Below the pieces are notes generated by a model. The model had not been told where the DNA came from, did no database searches, and saw only the letters and a list, made by a program, of their open reading frames with translations. A stretch of 64,000 bases of DNA from assembly GCA_033763775.1 (NCBI GenBank), contig JANRJW010000005.1, positions 9,230 to 73,229 of the forward strand. The letters are read 5' to 3'. This document shows, piece after piece, positions 51,774 through 61,258 of this stretch. The position numbers and the translations under genes are program-made. This DNA is from Alphaproteobacteria bacterium. Lineage in GTDB: Bacteria; Pseudomonadota; Alphaproteobacteria; Rickettsiales; SXRF01. Position 1 is the first letter of the stretch, and each line of letters begins with the position of its first letter.

Positions 51774-53147
51774 CTATCTTTCCCCCTTCACCACAAACAC
51801 ATCCACACGATCAGCTTCGCCGCCGGGATTTTTGTTTCCCTCAGCCTGAACATTGATGGCGAGCTTATCGACGCCTTTTTCAATCAGATAAGCGCGAACA
51901 GCCAGCGCACGGGAAAGCGAAACGCGGCGCGCCGTGCTTGCTTGTTCCTCGGTACCGGAGGCATAAGCAATCAGGTTCACGCGGGATCCGGCATTGGCTT
52001 TGATGCGTTCAGCTGTTTCGTCCAGCTGTGACTTCATCGTCAGCGGTACGGATGTCTCCGTCGGCTTAAATACGATGCTGAGATCCGCCTTTGCGGTTGC
52101 AGGCGCGGCAATAGCCGCTTCCATTGCTTTTTCTGCCGGCTGCTGTGTGGCGGTTGCTGCAGGTTCTGGCTTTTTAGCCTCAGGCTCAGCTGGCGGCGCA
52201 GGTGGCGCGGCTGGCGCAGGAGCAGGTGCTTCGGCGACAGGCGAGGCCTGCTCCTCTGCAATCAAGGGTGCATCATTCGCTGCTGGAGCTGCTGGCGTCT
52301 GTTCTACCGTAGGTTTCGGCGCAGCAGGGGGGGCAGGGGGAGCTGGCGGTGCGGGTGGCGCCGGAGGTGCGGGTGGCGTTGCAACGGCTGGCGGCGGCGG
52401 TGGCGGAGCCGGCTGTTGTGGCGCTGCGGGTGGCGCCGGAGGTGCGGGCAGTGCAGGCGCCGGATCTGCTGCCTTTGGCGCTTCAGCTGCTGGCGCGGCT
52501 GGTGGTGGTTCTTTGGCCTCCTGCTTCGCGGATGCGTCCTGTGCCGGAGTTTCTGCCTGTTCTGCTGCTGCTGGCTTTTCTTCGGCTTTGGGCTCTACTT
52601 TTACCTCAGCTGCTGGTGCCTGTTCTTTGGTCTCAGGGGTAGGCGCTGGCGGCTCCTTTAATTCCACGGCCTGCGGCGCTTTCGGAAGTTGCTGTTGCGT
52701 GGCGCTGATTTCTGGAGTTTCCTGCACTTCTTTCTTGATTTCTTTAGCGGCGCTATCCTTGAGAGTGTCTGGTTTTTTTACGACTTTAGGCTTGGCATAG
52801 CCGGGCTGCTGCGATGGACGCTTGCGCAGCGCGCGTTCCTGTTCGGCGGTCAGTGGTTTGCCTTCCGGGCCTTTTACCCAGATTAGCTTTTCGCCGGTGC
52901 TGCTGACAGCAGCCAGCGGTGCGGCGCTATCCGTGGCTGGTGGAGCCGTAGGTGTTGGGGTGGGCTCAGAGGCAAGTGGCGCTGCGATGACAGCGGGCTT
53001 AGCTGCAGCATTATTTGGTGCTTGCAGCACATCAAGATTAAGCTCAATCGACGGCTGAGATGCGTGGGCTTGAGAACCAATAGCCCAAACTGGAGAGAGC
53101 AGAACAAGAAGTGATACAGCATTGCGCAAGCGAGAAGTGATGGTCAT
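51774..53147 (-). CDS. OmpA-family (peptidoglycan-binding) protein with a long Pro/Ala/Lys-rich spacer
   Basis: Signal peptide (LLVLLSPVWAIGSQAHA), PAPPAPPAPPAPP repeats and a C-terminal OmpA-like domain (RVNLIAYASGTEEQASTARRVSLSRALAVRAYLIEKG). Confidence 0.75.
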   Translation of the reverse strand: MTITSRLRNAVSLLVLLSPVWAIGSQAHASQPSIELNLDVLQAPNNAAAKPAVIAAPLASEPTPTPTAPPATDSAAPLAAVSSTGEKLIWVKGPEGKPLTAEQERALRKRPSQQPGYAKPKVVKKPDTLKDSAAKEIKKEVQETPEISATQQQLPKAPQAVELKEPPAPTPETKEQAPAAEVKVEPKAEEKPAAAEQAETPAQDASAKQEAKEPPPAAPAAEAPKAADPAPALPAPPAPPAAPQQPAPPPPPPAVATPPAPPAPPAPPAPPAPPAAPKPTVEQTPAAPAANDAPLIAEEQASPVAEAPAPAPAAPPAPPAEPEAKKPEPAATATQQPAEKAMEAAIAAPATAKADLSIVFKPTETSVPLTMKSQLDETAERIKANAGSRVNLIAYASGTEEQASTARRVSLSRALAVRAYLIEKGVDKLAINVQAEGNKNPGGEADRVDVFVVKGER

Positions 53148-53159
53148 AGGTTGAGCCCG

Positions 53160-53198
53160 AAAAAAAGTTTTTGCCAGCTCTATGACTTAAGGCAAAAC
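53160..53198 (-). terminator. Rho-independent terminator after suhB
   Basis: On the minus strand, GTTTTGCC, a 15-nt loop and GGCAAAA are followed by a T run. Confidence 0.55.
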
Positions 53199-53221
53199 GC
53201 CCCCTGACCGCAAGCAAAAAT

Positions 53222-54025
53222 CTAGACGTGTTTGCTCAGCAGTTTCTTAACCGGATCGTTAAGGTGTTTATTGCTGGCAACCAGACCGTTGCTGTCCATC
53301 GTTAATGTACTGCCAGAAAGATCACTGACCAGACCACCGGCTTCCTGGACCATCAGCGCACCGGCAGCGATATCCCATGGTTTGATGCTGTAATACCAGC
53401 AGGCATCGATGCGGCCAGCAGCAAGATGGGCAAGGTCAAGAGCGGTGGCGCCAAAAATGCGCATCGTCGCACCGCATTCATGAATGACCGAAAGCAGCGA
53501 CGGGCTGTAGCGCTCTTTCGGCGATCCGCGCAGACCGCCAGTGACCAGCATAGCATCTTCCAGCTTATCGCGGCCGGAAACCAGCATGCGGCGGCTATTC
53601 ACAAAAGCGCCTTTGCCTTTTTCCGCGGTGAAAAGTTCGTTGTTGATTGGATCAAAAATCACCCCGGCAATAATTTCGGTATCGCCATTGCGGTAACGCT
53701 GTTCGACAGCAATTGAAATACAGAAATAAGCGGTGGCATGGATAAAGTTGGTGGTGCCATCCAGCGGATCAATAATAAAACGAAACTCATCTTTTTTCCC
53801 CGGCATTTCACCGCTTTCTTCCATCAGAAAGCCGAAATCTGGCCGCGCTTTAGAAAGCTCGCGGTGTAGCAGCTTCTCAGTTTTGAGGTCGGCCTGCGTC
53901 ACAAAGTTAGAGGTGCCCTTGCGGGAAACCTGCAGGTGGTCCACTTCCGAAAAATCGCGCAGCAAGCCCTTGCCAGCCTTAATGGCTGCGCCGGACATGA
54001 CATTGATGAGAGGGGATTGACTCAC
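53222..54025 (-). CDS. suhB: Inositol monophosphatase family protein (SuhB-like)
   Basis: IIDPLDGTTNF and WDIAAG motifs. 267 aa. Confidence 0.88.
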   Translation of the reverse strand: MSQSPLINVMSGAAIKAGKGLLRDFSEVDHLQVSRKGTSNFVTQADLKTEKLLHRELSKARPDFGFLMEESGEMPGKKDEFRFIIDPLDGTTNFIHATAYFCISIAVEQRYRNGDTEIIAGVIFDPINNELFTAEKGKGAFVNSRRMLVSGRDKLEDAMLVTGGLRGSPKERYSPSLLSVIHECGATMRIFGATALDLAHLAAGRIDACWYYSIKPWDIAAGALMVQEAGGLVSDLSGSTLTMDSNGLVASNKHLNDPVKKLLSKHV

Positions 54026-54031
54026 GTTGCG

Positions 54032-54601
54032 TTACGAAGCCTTTGCACGCTCAACATATTCCAGCGTGTCGGTATCAACCACGATCATTTCACCGGCTGG
54101 AATAAACGGCGGCACCATCACGCGCACGCCATTTTCTAAAATGGCAGGCTTATAGCTGGAGGCAGCGGTCTGGCCTTTCACAACTGGGTCGGCTTCCACA
54201 ATTTTCAGCTTCACTTTCTGCGGCAGCTTCACCGAAAGCGGCTTGCCTTCATAGGTTTCCATCTCAACGGTCATGCCGTCCTGCAGGAATTTGACACGCT
54301 CGCCGAGCATGTCCTGATGCATGGTGAACTGCTCATAGTTTTCATTATCCATGAAGGTGAGCATATCGCCATCAGCATAAAGGAAGTTGCATTGCTTGGA
54401 ATCCAGCGAGACGCGCTCGATTTTTTCAGCGGATGAAAAGCGCGGCGTGTTTTTCGTGCCAGTGCGGATATCTTTCAGCTCCACCTGGTTAAACGAACGA
54501 AGGTTGCCCGGGGTGCGGATTTCGTGCTTCACCACCAGCCACAGCTTGTCCTGCCATTCAATTACCATTCCCATGCGCACTGCGCTACCATCGATTTTCA
54601 T
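54032..54601 (-). CDS. efp: Elongation factor P
   Basis: 189 aa, with ...HEIRTPGNLRSFNQVELKDIRTG and the C-terminal OB domains (VKLKIVEADPVVKGQTA). Confidence 0.92.
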   Translation of the reverse strand: MKIDGSAVRMGMVIEWQDKLWLVVKHEIRTPGNLRSFNQVELKDIRTGTKNTPRFSSAEKIERVSLDSKQCNFLYADGDMLTFMDNENYEQFTMHQDMLGERVKFLQDGMTVEMETYEGKPLSVKLPQKVKLKIVEADPVVKGQTAASSYKPAILENGVRVMVPPFIPAGEMIVVDTDTLEYVERAKAS

Positions 54602-55254
54602 ATTGCTGTTCTTTCTATCGCCCGATTAAATTCTTCCACCGCCTTCTTTGGCCCATCCGGGTGCTCCCATACCGCTGTAATCACAGCGATGAAATCGGCT
54701 CCAGCTTTGGCCAGCGGCGCTGAGTTGGCAGGGGTCATACCACCAATCGCCACACAGGGCAAGACGGTATTTTCAGCCCACCAGCTCAGGATTTCCGCTG
54801 TTGGCACGCCATATTTCGCCAGTTTGGCGGCATCTTTGCTTTTGGTCGGGTAAAACGCGCCGAAGGCCACATAATCCGCACCCGCTTCGCCAGCGTCCAT
54901 CGCCAGATGCCGCGAATCATGGCATGACACGCCGATGATTGATTGCTCGCCGATGATCTCGCGCGCTTTTGAGATGGGCATGGTTTCCAAATCTTCCTGG
55001 CCTAGATGCACACCGTCCGCACCACATTTGACGGCTAGATCCGGCCGGTCATTCATGATAAATGCCGTCCCATGTGCATGGCAGATTGGAATCAGTTTTT
55101 CTGCTGCCTTCATCACCTCAGCATCGCTCGCATTTTTCAACCGCAGCTGAAACGAGCCCACATCGCCGCCATCAAACGCTGCCTTCAGCGACTCAGCGAA
55201 TTTCGGCAGCTCGATCGCGGGCGGGGAGATGAGGTAGAGGCGGCAATGGTTCAT
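54598..55254 (-). CDS. thiE: Thiamine-phosphate synthase
   Basis: RLYLISP, FIMNDRPDLA, GVHLGQED and IGGM motifs. Confidence 0.85.
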   Translation of the reverse strand: MNHCRLYLISPPAIELPKFAESLKAAFDGGDVGSFQLRLKNASDAEVMKAAEKLIPICHAHGTAFIMNDRPDLAVKCGADGVHLGQEDLETMPISKAREIIGEQSIIGVSCHDSRHLAMDAGEAGADYVAFGAFYPTKSKDAAKLAKYGVPTAEILSWWAENTVLPCVAIGGMTPANSAPLAKAGADFIAVITAVWEHPDGPKKAVEEFNRAIERTAI

Positions 55255-55256
55255 GT

Positions 55257-55321
55257 GTCATCCTGAGCGTAGCGAAGCGAAGTCGAAGGATCTAAGATGC
55301 CTCGACCGCGCTCGGCATGAC
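55257..55321. repeat. 65-bp palindromic intercistronic element (same family as 49714-49778), fbaB-thiE spacer
   Basis: GTCATCCTGAGCGTAGCGAAGCGAAG-TCGAAGGATCT-AAG-ATGCCTCGAC-CGCGCTCGGCATGAC. It fills the 69-bp gap to within 2 nt of each flanking codon. Confidence 0.8.
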
Positions 55322-55323
55322 AA

Positions 55324-56283
55324 TTATAGTTTGCTTTGGTAAACCCCAATAATGTTCTCGAGCAGCTTCAGCGCCTCGGCGCGCGGGCGCTGGAAGGTGT
55401 TGCGGCCGATGATTGAGCCATTGCCGCCACCATCACGAATCGCGCGGGCTTCGTTCATAATGTCGTCTTCGCCCTTGGCCACGCCGCCGGAGAACACGAC
55501 AATGCGTTTACCCGCGAAGCAGGCCTGCGTGATGTGGCGGAAGCGCGCTTCAGGGGTTGAGACATCAATCTTTTCCGATTCATAGACTTTCTTGGCTTCT
55601 GCCTGCTCAATGAACGCGGTGGGCGGTTTCACCTTGATGATGTGCGCGCCCATCAGCGCCGCCATGTGTGCGGCGTAAGCGGTGATGTCGATCGCGGTTT
55701 CACCCTCTTTGGAAATATCCGCCCCGCGCGGGTATGACCACATGACGACTACCAGGCCAGCCGCTTTGGCTTCCTCGGTCATCTCGCGGATTTCTTCCAT
55801 CATGTTCAGGCACTCGGCCGAGCCGGGATAAATCGTAAAACCAATGGCCGAGCAGCCAAGGCGCAAAGCTTCTTTCACCGAGCCGGTCACCGCCTGGTTC
55901 GGCGCGGAGGCTTTCGGCGTGAGCGAGTTGGAGCTGTTGACTTTCAGGATGGTGGGAATCTGTCCGGCAAAGCTGTCCATGCCCGCTTCTAAAAAGCCCA
56001 GCGGCGCGGCGTAAGCTGATAAGCCAGCATCAATCGCGAGCTGGTAATGATAATGCGGGTCGTAGGCGGCGGGGTTTTTGGCGAAGCTGCGCGCCGGGCC
56101 ATGTTCGAAGCCTTGATCCACCGGCAGGATCACGAGTTTGCCCGTGCCACCGAGCTTGCCCTGCATCAGGATGCGCGTCAGGTTCTCACGCGTGCCGTTA
56201 TTCATGCCCTCATAATGGGAGAGAATTTTTTTCACTTCCGGTGTCATGCTGCTCACCTCTTTCATTTTTGCCATGGCGTTCAT
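55324..56283 (-). CDS. fbaB: Class I fructose-bisphosphate aldolase (FbaB/DhnA type)
   Basis: GKLVILPVDQGFEHGP, IPTILKVNSSNSL, IIKVKPP (Schiff-base Lys region) and FSGG...GRN. SD GGGAGGA. Confidence 0.8.
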   Translation of the reverse strand: MNAMAKMKEVSSMTPEVKKILSHYEGMNNGTRENLTRILMQGKLGGTGKLVILPVDQGFEHGPARSFAKNPAAYDPHYHYQLAIDAGLSAYAAPLGFLEAGMDSFAGQIPTILKVNSSNSLTPKASAPNQAVTGSVKEALRLGCSAIGFTIYPGSAECLNMMEEIREMTEEAKAAGLVVVMWSYPRGADISKEGETAIDITAYAAHMAALMGAHIIKVKPPTAFIEQAEAKKVYESEKIDVSTPEARFRHITQACFAGKRIVVFSGGVAKGEDDIMNEARAIRDGGGNGSIIGRNTFQRPRAEALKLLENIIGVYQSKL

Positions 56284-56292
56284 ACTTCCTCC

Positions 56293-57516
56293 CTACTTAT
56301 TCATAATCATTTTGCTGTTATTTGCTTTAGACAACGACAAAACCCCCGGCAATTCCTTGCCCTCCAGCCACTCCAGAAACGCGCCGCCGGCGGTGGAGAT
56401 GTAGCTGAAATCAGACAGCGCCGAGTGCGATAGCGCCGATACGGTATCGCCGCCACCGCCAATGGAGCGGATTTTCTTCTGCCGCGTGAGTTTGGCGACG
56501 ACGCGCGCAAGCATGATGCTGGAGGCGTCAAACGGGCTGATTTCAAATGCGCCCATGGGGCCATTCCACACCACGGTTTTGGATCGGGCAATCTCCTCAG
56601 AAAATAGCTGGATACTCGAAGGCCCGACATCAATCGCAATACCCCAGCTGGGTATGTCATCCACATCCGCAACCACGCAGGGCGAGCGCGTCTCGAAGGC
56701 CTTCGCGATCACCACATCGGTCGGCAGCAACACACGGCAACCATGCTTTTCTGCCGCTTTGAGGATTTTGAGCGCTGTCGCCTTCAACTTTGGCTCGTGC
56801 AGCGAATTTCCGACCTTGAAACCCTGCGCGTATAAAAATGTGTTCGCCATCGCACCGCCGATGATGATGCTGTCCATCTTTTTGACCAAATTATTCAGCA
56901 GGTCGAGCTTGGTCGAAACTTTCGAGCCGCCAACGATCGCAGTGATGGGTTTTTGGGGCTGGCTGAAAATGGCGGAAAGCTGAGTGAGTTCTTCCTCCAT
57001 CAGGCGGCCGGCGACTGTGGGCAGAAACTCGGCGATTCCGGTGATGGAAGCATGGGGGCGGTGCGAGCAGGAAAAGGCATCGTTCACAAAAATATCGCCA
57101 AGGCTAGCCAGATCGCGTGCGAAGGCTTTATCCCCTTTTTCTTCTTCGGGATGAAAGCGTAAGTTCTCCAGCAGCACCATTTCACCGGCTTTGGTTTTTT
57201 TGACAGCTTCACTAGCCGCTGGGCCTACACAATCAACCCCGAACCTCACCCCTGAAACGCCGTAAGCGGCTGCCAGCGTATCCACCAACGGCGCCAGCGA
57301 CATGCTGGGCACAAATTTGCCTTCCGGCCGCCCGAAATGCGACAGCAGCACAATCCTCGCTTTTTTCTTAAGTAAATAATCAATGGTAGGCTTCAGGCGA
57401 ACAATGCGTGTGTCGTCGGTCACTTTGCCGCCCTGCATCGGCACGTTGAGATCCGCGCGCAGCAGCACCGTTTTGCCGGAAAAGCTGATATCGTCGAGAC
57501 GCAGGAACTCGGACAT
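56293..57516 (-). CDS. pgk: Phosphoglycerate kinase
   Basis: GKTVLLRADLNVP, SHFGRP, FVNDAFS.SHR and GGGDT. Start at MSEF, overlapping the gap stop (TGATG). Confidence 0.93.
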   Translation of the reverse strand: MSEFLRLDDISFSGKTVLLRADLNVPMQGGKVTDDTRIVRLKPTIDYLLKKKARIVLLSHFGRPEGKFVPSMSLAPLVDTLAAAYGVSGVRFGVDCVGPAASEAVKKTKAGEMVLLENLRFHPEEEKGDKAFARDLASLGDIFVNDAFSCSHRPHASITGIAEFLPTVAGRLMEEELTQLSAIFSQPQKPITAIVGGSKVSTKLDLLNNLVKKMDSIIIGGAMANTFLYAQGFKVGNSLHEPKLKATALKILKAAEKHGCRVLLPTDVVIAKAFETRSPCVVADVDDIPSWGIAIDVGPSSIQLFSEEIARSKTVVWNGPMGAFEISPFDASSIMLARVVAKLTRQKKIRSIGGGGDTVSALSHSALSDFSYISTAGGAFLEWLEGKELPGVLSLSKANNSKMIMNK

Positions 57517-58544
57517 CAGAGGGTGCTCCACAGCTTGGCTACATCCAGCATGCGGCAGGAAAAGCCCCACTCATTATCATACCACGCAGCCACACGCCCG
57601 ATATTGCCGGTCATGTAGGTGCCGGTGATATCCACGATGCTGCTATACGGGGTATGGGTATAATCAATCGACACTAGCGGCCGGCGTGAAATATGTAAAA
57701 TATCTTTCAGCATGTCTGTTTCGGCGGCCTGATTCAGCGCATCGTTGATCGCCTCTTTGCTGGCGGTTTTTTGCGTCGTGAAGCTTAAATCCACGAGCGA
57801 CACGTTCGGCACCGGCACACGAATCGCAATGCCGTCCAGCCTGCCTTTCAGTTCGGGAATAATCAGCCCGATGGTTTTGGCGGCGCCGGTGGAGGTGGGG
57901 ATCATCGACATGGCGGCTGAGCGCGCACGGCGTAAATCTTTGTGGGAGTTATCAACGAGGTTTTGATCCCCCGTGTAAGCATGGATGGTGGTCATGAAGC
58001 CGGACTCGATGCCGAACGCTTCATGCAATACTTTAGTAACGGGCGCTAAGGCGTTGGTAGTGCAGGATCCAACTGAGATCACCTGATGCTCTTTTTTCAG
58101 CATGGCGTTGTTCACGCCGTAAACAATCGTGCTATCCGCATCTTCCGCTGGCGCAGAAATAAGTACACGCTTCGCACCGCCTTGGAGGTGTTTTGCTGAT
58201 TCGGCGCGTTTGTTGAATTTGCCGGAGCATTCCAGCACCACATCCACACCCATAGCCCCCCAGGGTATCTGCGCCGGATCTTTGAGGCGTGTGAGCTTCA
58301 CCGGTTTGCCCGCGATGCGTAGCACATCCTCACCATCGGCTTCCAGCTTGGTGCCAAACCGGCCATGCACCGAATCATACTTCAGCAAGTGCACATGGGT
58401 GGCGATATCTGCCGGGCCGTTCACTGCCACCAGCTCGATATCAGCCCCGCCGAATGGCGGGGTCTGGTTTTGTGTTTCATAAATCGCGCGCAGCACACAG
58501 CGGCCGATTCTTCCTAATCCATTAATGCCTACACGAATCGTCAT
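57516..58544 (-). CDS. gap: Glyceraldehyde-3-phosphate dehydrogenase
   Basis: INGLGRIGR, active-site SCTTNALAP and WYDNEWGF. Confidence 0.95.
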   Translation of the reverse strand: MTIRVGINGLGRIGRCVLRAIYETQNQTPPFGGADIELVAVNGPADIATHVHLLKYDSVHGRFGTKLEADGEDVLRIAGKPVKLTRLKDPAQIPWGAMGVDVVLECSGKFNKRAESAKHLQGGAKRVLISAPAEDADSTIVYGVNNAMLKKEHQVISVGSCTTNALAPVTKVLHEAFGIESGFMTTIHAYTGDQNLVDNSHKDLRRARSAAMSMIPTSTGAAKTIGLIIPELKGRLDGIAIRVPVPNVSLVDLSFTTQKTASKEAINDALNQAAETDMLKDILHISRRPLVSIDYTHTPYSSIVDITGTYMTGNIGRVAAWYDNEWGFSCRMLDVAKLWSTL

Positions 58545-60571
58545 GCCTTATACCCCATCACCGCATCTACCACCGCTTCCGCTGTGATACAAAAATGTTT
58601 GTATAAATCCGGGGCAGGGGCGGAGGCGCCGAAGCCACTCATGCCGATGAACGCACCTTTATCGCCTAAGTATTTTTCCCAGCCAAAACCGCTGGCGGCC
58701 TCGATGGCGATACGTGGGCCGCTACCCAGCACCTGCCTGCGGTAGCTTTCCGGCTGCTGGTCAAACAGCTCCCAGCATGGCATGGATACCACGCGCGCGG
58801 CGATGTCTTTTTCCGCGAGCAATTTTTTCGCTTCGACGGCAATCGAAACTTCTGATCCGGTCGCAATCAGTGTAAAGACCGGCGCAGAATCCGCAACCTC
58901 GGCCTCGCGCAGCACATACCCCCCGCGCGCGCAGAGATTATCCGGCGTGTAAGCGGTGCGCAGCGCTGGCACATTCTGGCGCGTCAGTGACAAAATGCTG
59001 GGTGTCGTCCCCGAGGTCAGCGCGAGTGCCCAGCACTCGGCTGTTTCCGTGGCATCACATGGGCGGAAAACATTCACATTCGGCATGGCGCGAAGCGAGG
59101 CGAGATGTTCAACGGGCTGATGCGTGGGGCCATCTTCGCCAAGGCCAATGGAGTCATGCGTCATGACATAAATCACACGCTGCTGCATGAGCGCCGAAAG
59201 GCGAATGGCGGGGCGGCAATAGTCGGTGAAGACGAGGAAGGTGCCCCCGTAGGGTATAAACTCGCCGTGCAGCGCAAGGCCGTTCATGATCGCGCCCATC
59301 GCGTGCTCACGTACGCCGTAATAAATATAGGAACCGCTGTAATTTTTGCTGCTGATCGGCGCCTGAATTTTGGTTTTGGTGTTGTTGGAGCCGGTTAAAT
59401 CCGCTGAGCCACCAATGAGTTCAGGAATCGCTTCGGTGAGCAGACTGAGCACATTTTCCGACGATTTGCGGGTGGCCTCCGCCGGGGCTTTATCAGCCAG
59501 CTGCTTTTTGAATTCATTCAGTTTGGCAAGCCAGCCTTCTGGCAGTTCGCGCCGCTGCAGCCGCTCAAACTCAGCGCGCTTTGATGCGTCCACACCGCTG
59601 TAGCGCTTGCTCCAGCCATGATAGGCATCATGGCCTTTTTTACCAACAGCGCGCCATGCTTCCAGCACCTGCTGCGGCACATCAAACTCACCGTAGCTGA
59701 TGCCAAGCTTTTGGCGAGCGCCGGCGATTTCTTCTTTTCCCAGCGGCGAGCCATGGCATTTTTCAGAATTTTCCTTGGTGGGGGCGCCATAGCCAATTTT
59801 AGTAGCGCAGGCAATCAGCGAGGGTTTGTCGCTTTTCTGCGCGCTGGCAATCGCGCGGCGAATCTCTTCAGGGTTGTGGCCATCTACGCTCTGCACATTC
59901 CAGCCGCATGCGCTAAAACGCATCAGCTGGTCTTCGCTGGTGGCAAGCGAGGTCGGGCCGTCGATCGAGATTTTGTTATCGTCCCATAGCACGATGAGTT
60001 TGTTTAGTTTCCAGTGCCCTGCCAGCGAGATCGCTTCCTGCGAGATGCCCTCCATGAGGCAGCCATCACCGGCGATCACATAAGTATAATGTTCAGCAAT
60101 ATCGCCAAAACGCGCCGCCATCATGCGTTCGGCCAGCGCCATGCCAACGCTGTTCGCCAGCCCCTGGCCGAGAGGGCCGGTGGTGGTTTCAATGCCGCTG
60201 GCGTGGCCATATTCAGGATGGCCGGCTGTTTTCGCGCCGAGCTTGCGGAAGTTTTTGATGTCTTCCAGCGTCATGTCGGGATAGCCGGTGAGATAGAGCA
60301 GGGCGTATTGCAGCATCGAACCGTGACCCGCCGAGAGAATAAAGCGATCGCGCGCCGGCCAGAGCGGATGCTGCGGATCAAACTTTAGAAAATCGCGGAA
60401 AAGCACCGTGGCGACATCGGCCATGCCCATCGGCATGCCAGGATGGCCGGAATTGGCGCGCTCCACCGCGTCCATCGAGAGGGCGCGGATGGCACCCGCC
60501 ATCTCCGTATGGGTAGCAGAAGAGTCAGGCGAGGGTTTAGCTGCAATCGAGGCTGTAGACATTGAAATCAC
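58541..60571 (-). CDS. tkt: Transketolase
   Basis: RALSMDAVERANSGHPGMPMG, GDGCLMEGIS and THDSIGLGEDGPTHQPVE. GTG start at 60571 or ATG at 60562. Confidence 0.95.
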   Translation of the reverse strand: MISMSTASIAAKPSPDSSATHTEMAGAIRALSMDAVERANSGHPGMPMGMADVATVLFRDFLKFDPQHPLWPARDRFILSAGHGSMLQYALLYLTGYPDMTLEDIKNFRKLGAKTAGHPEYGHASGIETTTGPLGQGLANSVGMALAERMMAARFGDIAEHYTYVIAGDGCLMEGISQEAISLAGHWKLNKLIVLWDDNKISIDGPTSLATSEDQLMRFSACGWNVQSVDGHNPEEIRRAIASAQKSDKPSLIACATKIGYGAPTKENSEKCHGSPLGKEEIAGARQKLGISYGEFDVPQQVLEAWRAVGKKGHDAYHGWSKRYSGVDASKRAEFERLQRRELPEGWLAKLNEFKKQLADKAPAEATRKSSENVLSLLTEAIPELIGGSADLTGSNNTKTKIQAPISSKNYSGSYIYYGVREHAMGAIMNGLALHGEFIPYGGTFLVFTDYCRPAIRLSALMQQRVIYVMTHDSIGLGEDGPTHQPVEHLASLRAMPNVNVFRPCDATETAECWALALTSGTTPSILSLTRQNVPALRTAYTPDNLCARGGYVLREAEVADSAPVFTLIATGSEVSIAVEAKKLLAEKDIAARVVSMPCWELFDQQPESYRRQVLGSGPRIAIEAASGFGWEKYLGDKGAFIGMSGFGASAPAPDLYKHFCITAEAVVDAVMGYKA

Positions 60572-60591
60572 CGATGCTAGGATGAGAAGCT

Positions 60592-60924
60592 ATGGTTCAA
60601 GCACAGGCGAAGGCACTTCTCAACCAAAAAAACGAGTCCAGCGAGGCGCTAGCGCAGGCGGCCGAACGGCTGGTTGCCGCGTTAGATATGCTGGAGGATC
60701 GCCTCAGCCACTGCCAGGCGCCGCCACCAGCCACCGAGCATGAATCCGGACAGCTGGCGTTATTTGCGCAGGAAAATGAAACACTGCGAAGCGAGCAGGC
60801 GGATCTGCGTGAGACAATCCGCGAGCTTCAGAGCCAGTATGATGACCTGCACAAAGTCGCGGCGACCATCTACAACAAGCTCGAAGATTCGATTAAACGC
60901 CTGACGCGGATTATGGAGCAATAA
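60592..60924 (+). CDS. DUF4164-like coiled-coil protein divergent from tkt
   Basis: 110-aa coiled coil (ENETLRSEQADLRETIRELQSQYDDL). Its position divergent from tkt matches the alphaproteobacterial DUF4164 gene that usually precedes zapA. Confidence 0.6.
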   Translation: MVQAQAKALLNQKNESSEALAQAAERLVAALDMLEDRLSHCQAPPPATEHESGQLALFAQENETLRSEQADLRETIRELQSQYDDLHKVAATIYNKLEDSIKRLTRIMEQ

Positions 60925-60929
60925 ACCGC

Positions 60930-60957
60930 TTGACTATCTTGTAGAGATGTCTAATTT
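60930..60957 (+). promoter_or_regulatory. Sigma-70-type promoter of tRNA-Ala(UGC)
   Basis: TTGACT-N16-TAATTT ends 20 nt before the tRNA. The -10 hexamer is the same as at 14449-14454. Confidence 0.5.
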
Positions 60958-60977
60958 CTCGCCTCTGCTTTTGTTGT

Positions 60978-61053
<76 letters not shown>

Positions 61054-61258
61054 TTTCACAGCAAATCAAGTCGCTCCTTTAATATTTCATCGATTCTTTA
61101 TTTTATGGCTCATGTCACGTTGCCCAAGCTGCGCTAGTGTTTCGGCTTGTGGTAATCGGGCGGGAAAGCATGCAACCGGCGCTCACCAAGTTTGCAACCT
61201 AATCCACCGCGCTAATTCAGCCTGAACTTGAGGCCGTGACTAAAATACCGGCAGAGCG

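Noticed and set aside
51994-52800. 268-aa Gly/Ala-rich ORF (and several smaller ones) antisense to the OmpA-like gene
   Set aside because: It is the reverse-complement reading of the Pro/Ala-rich PAPPAPP tract. The sense ORF has a signal peptide and an OmpA domain.
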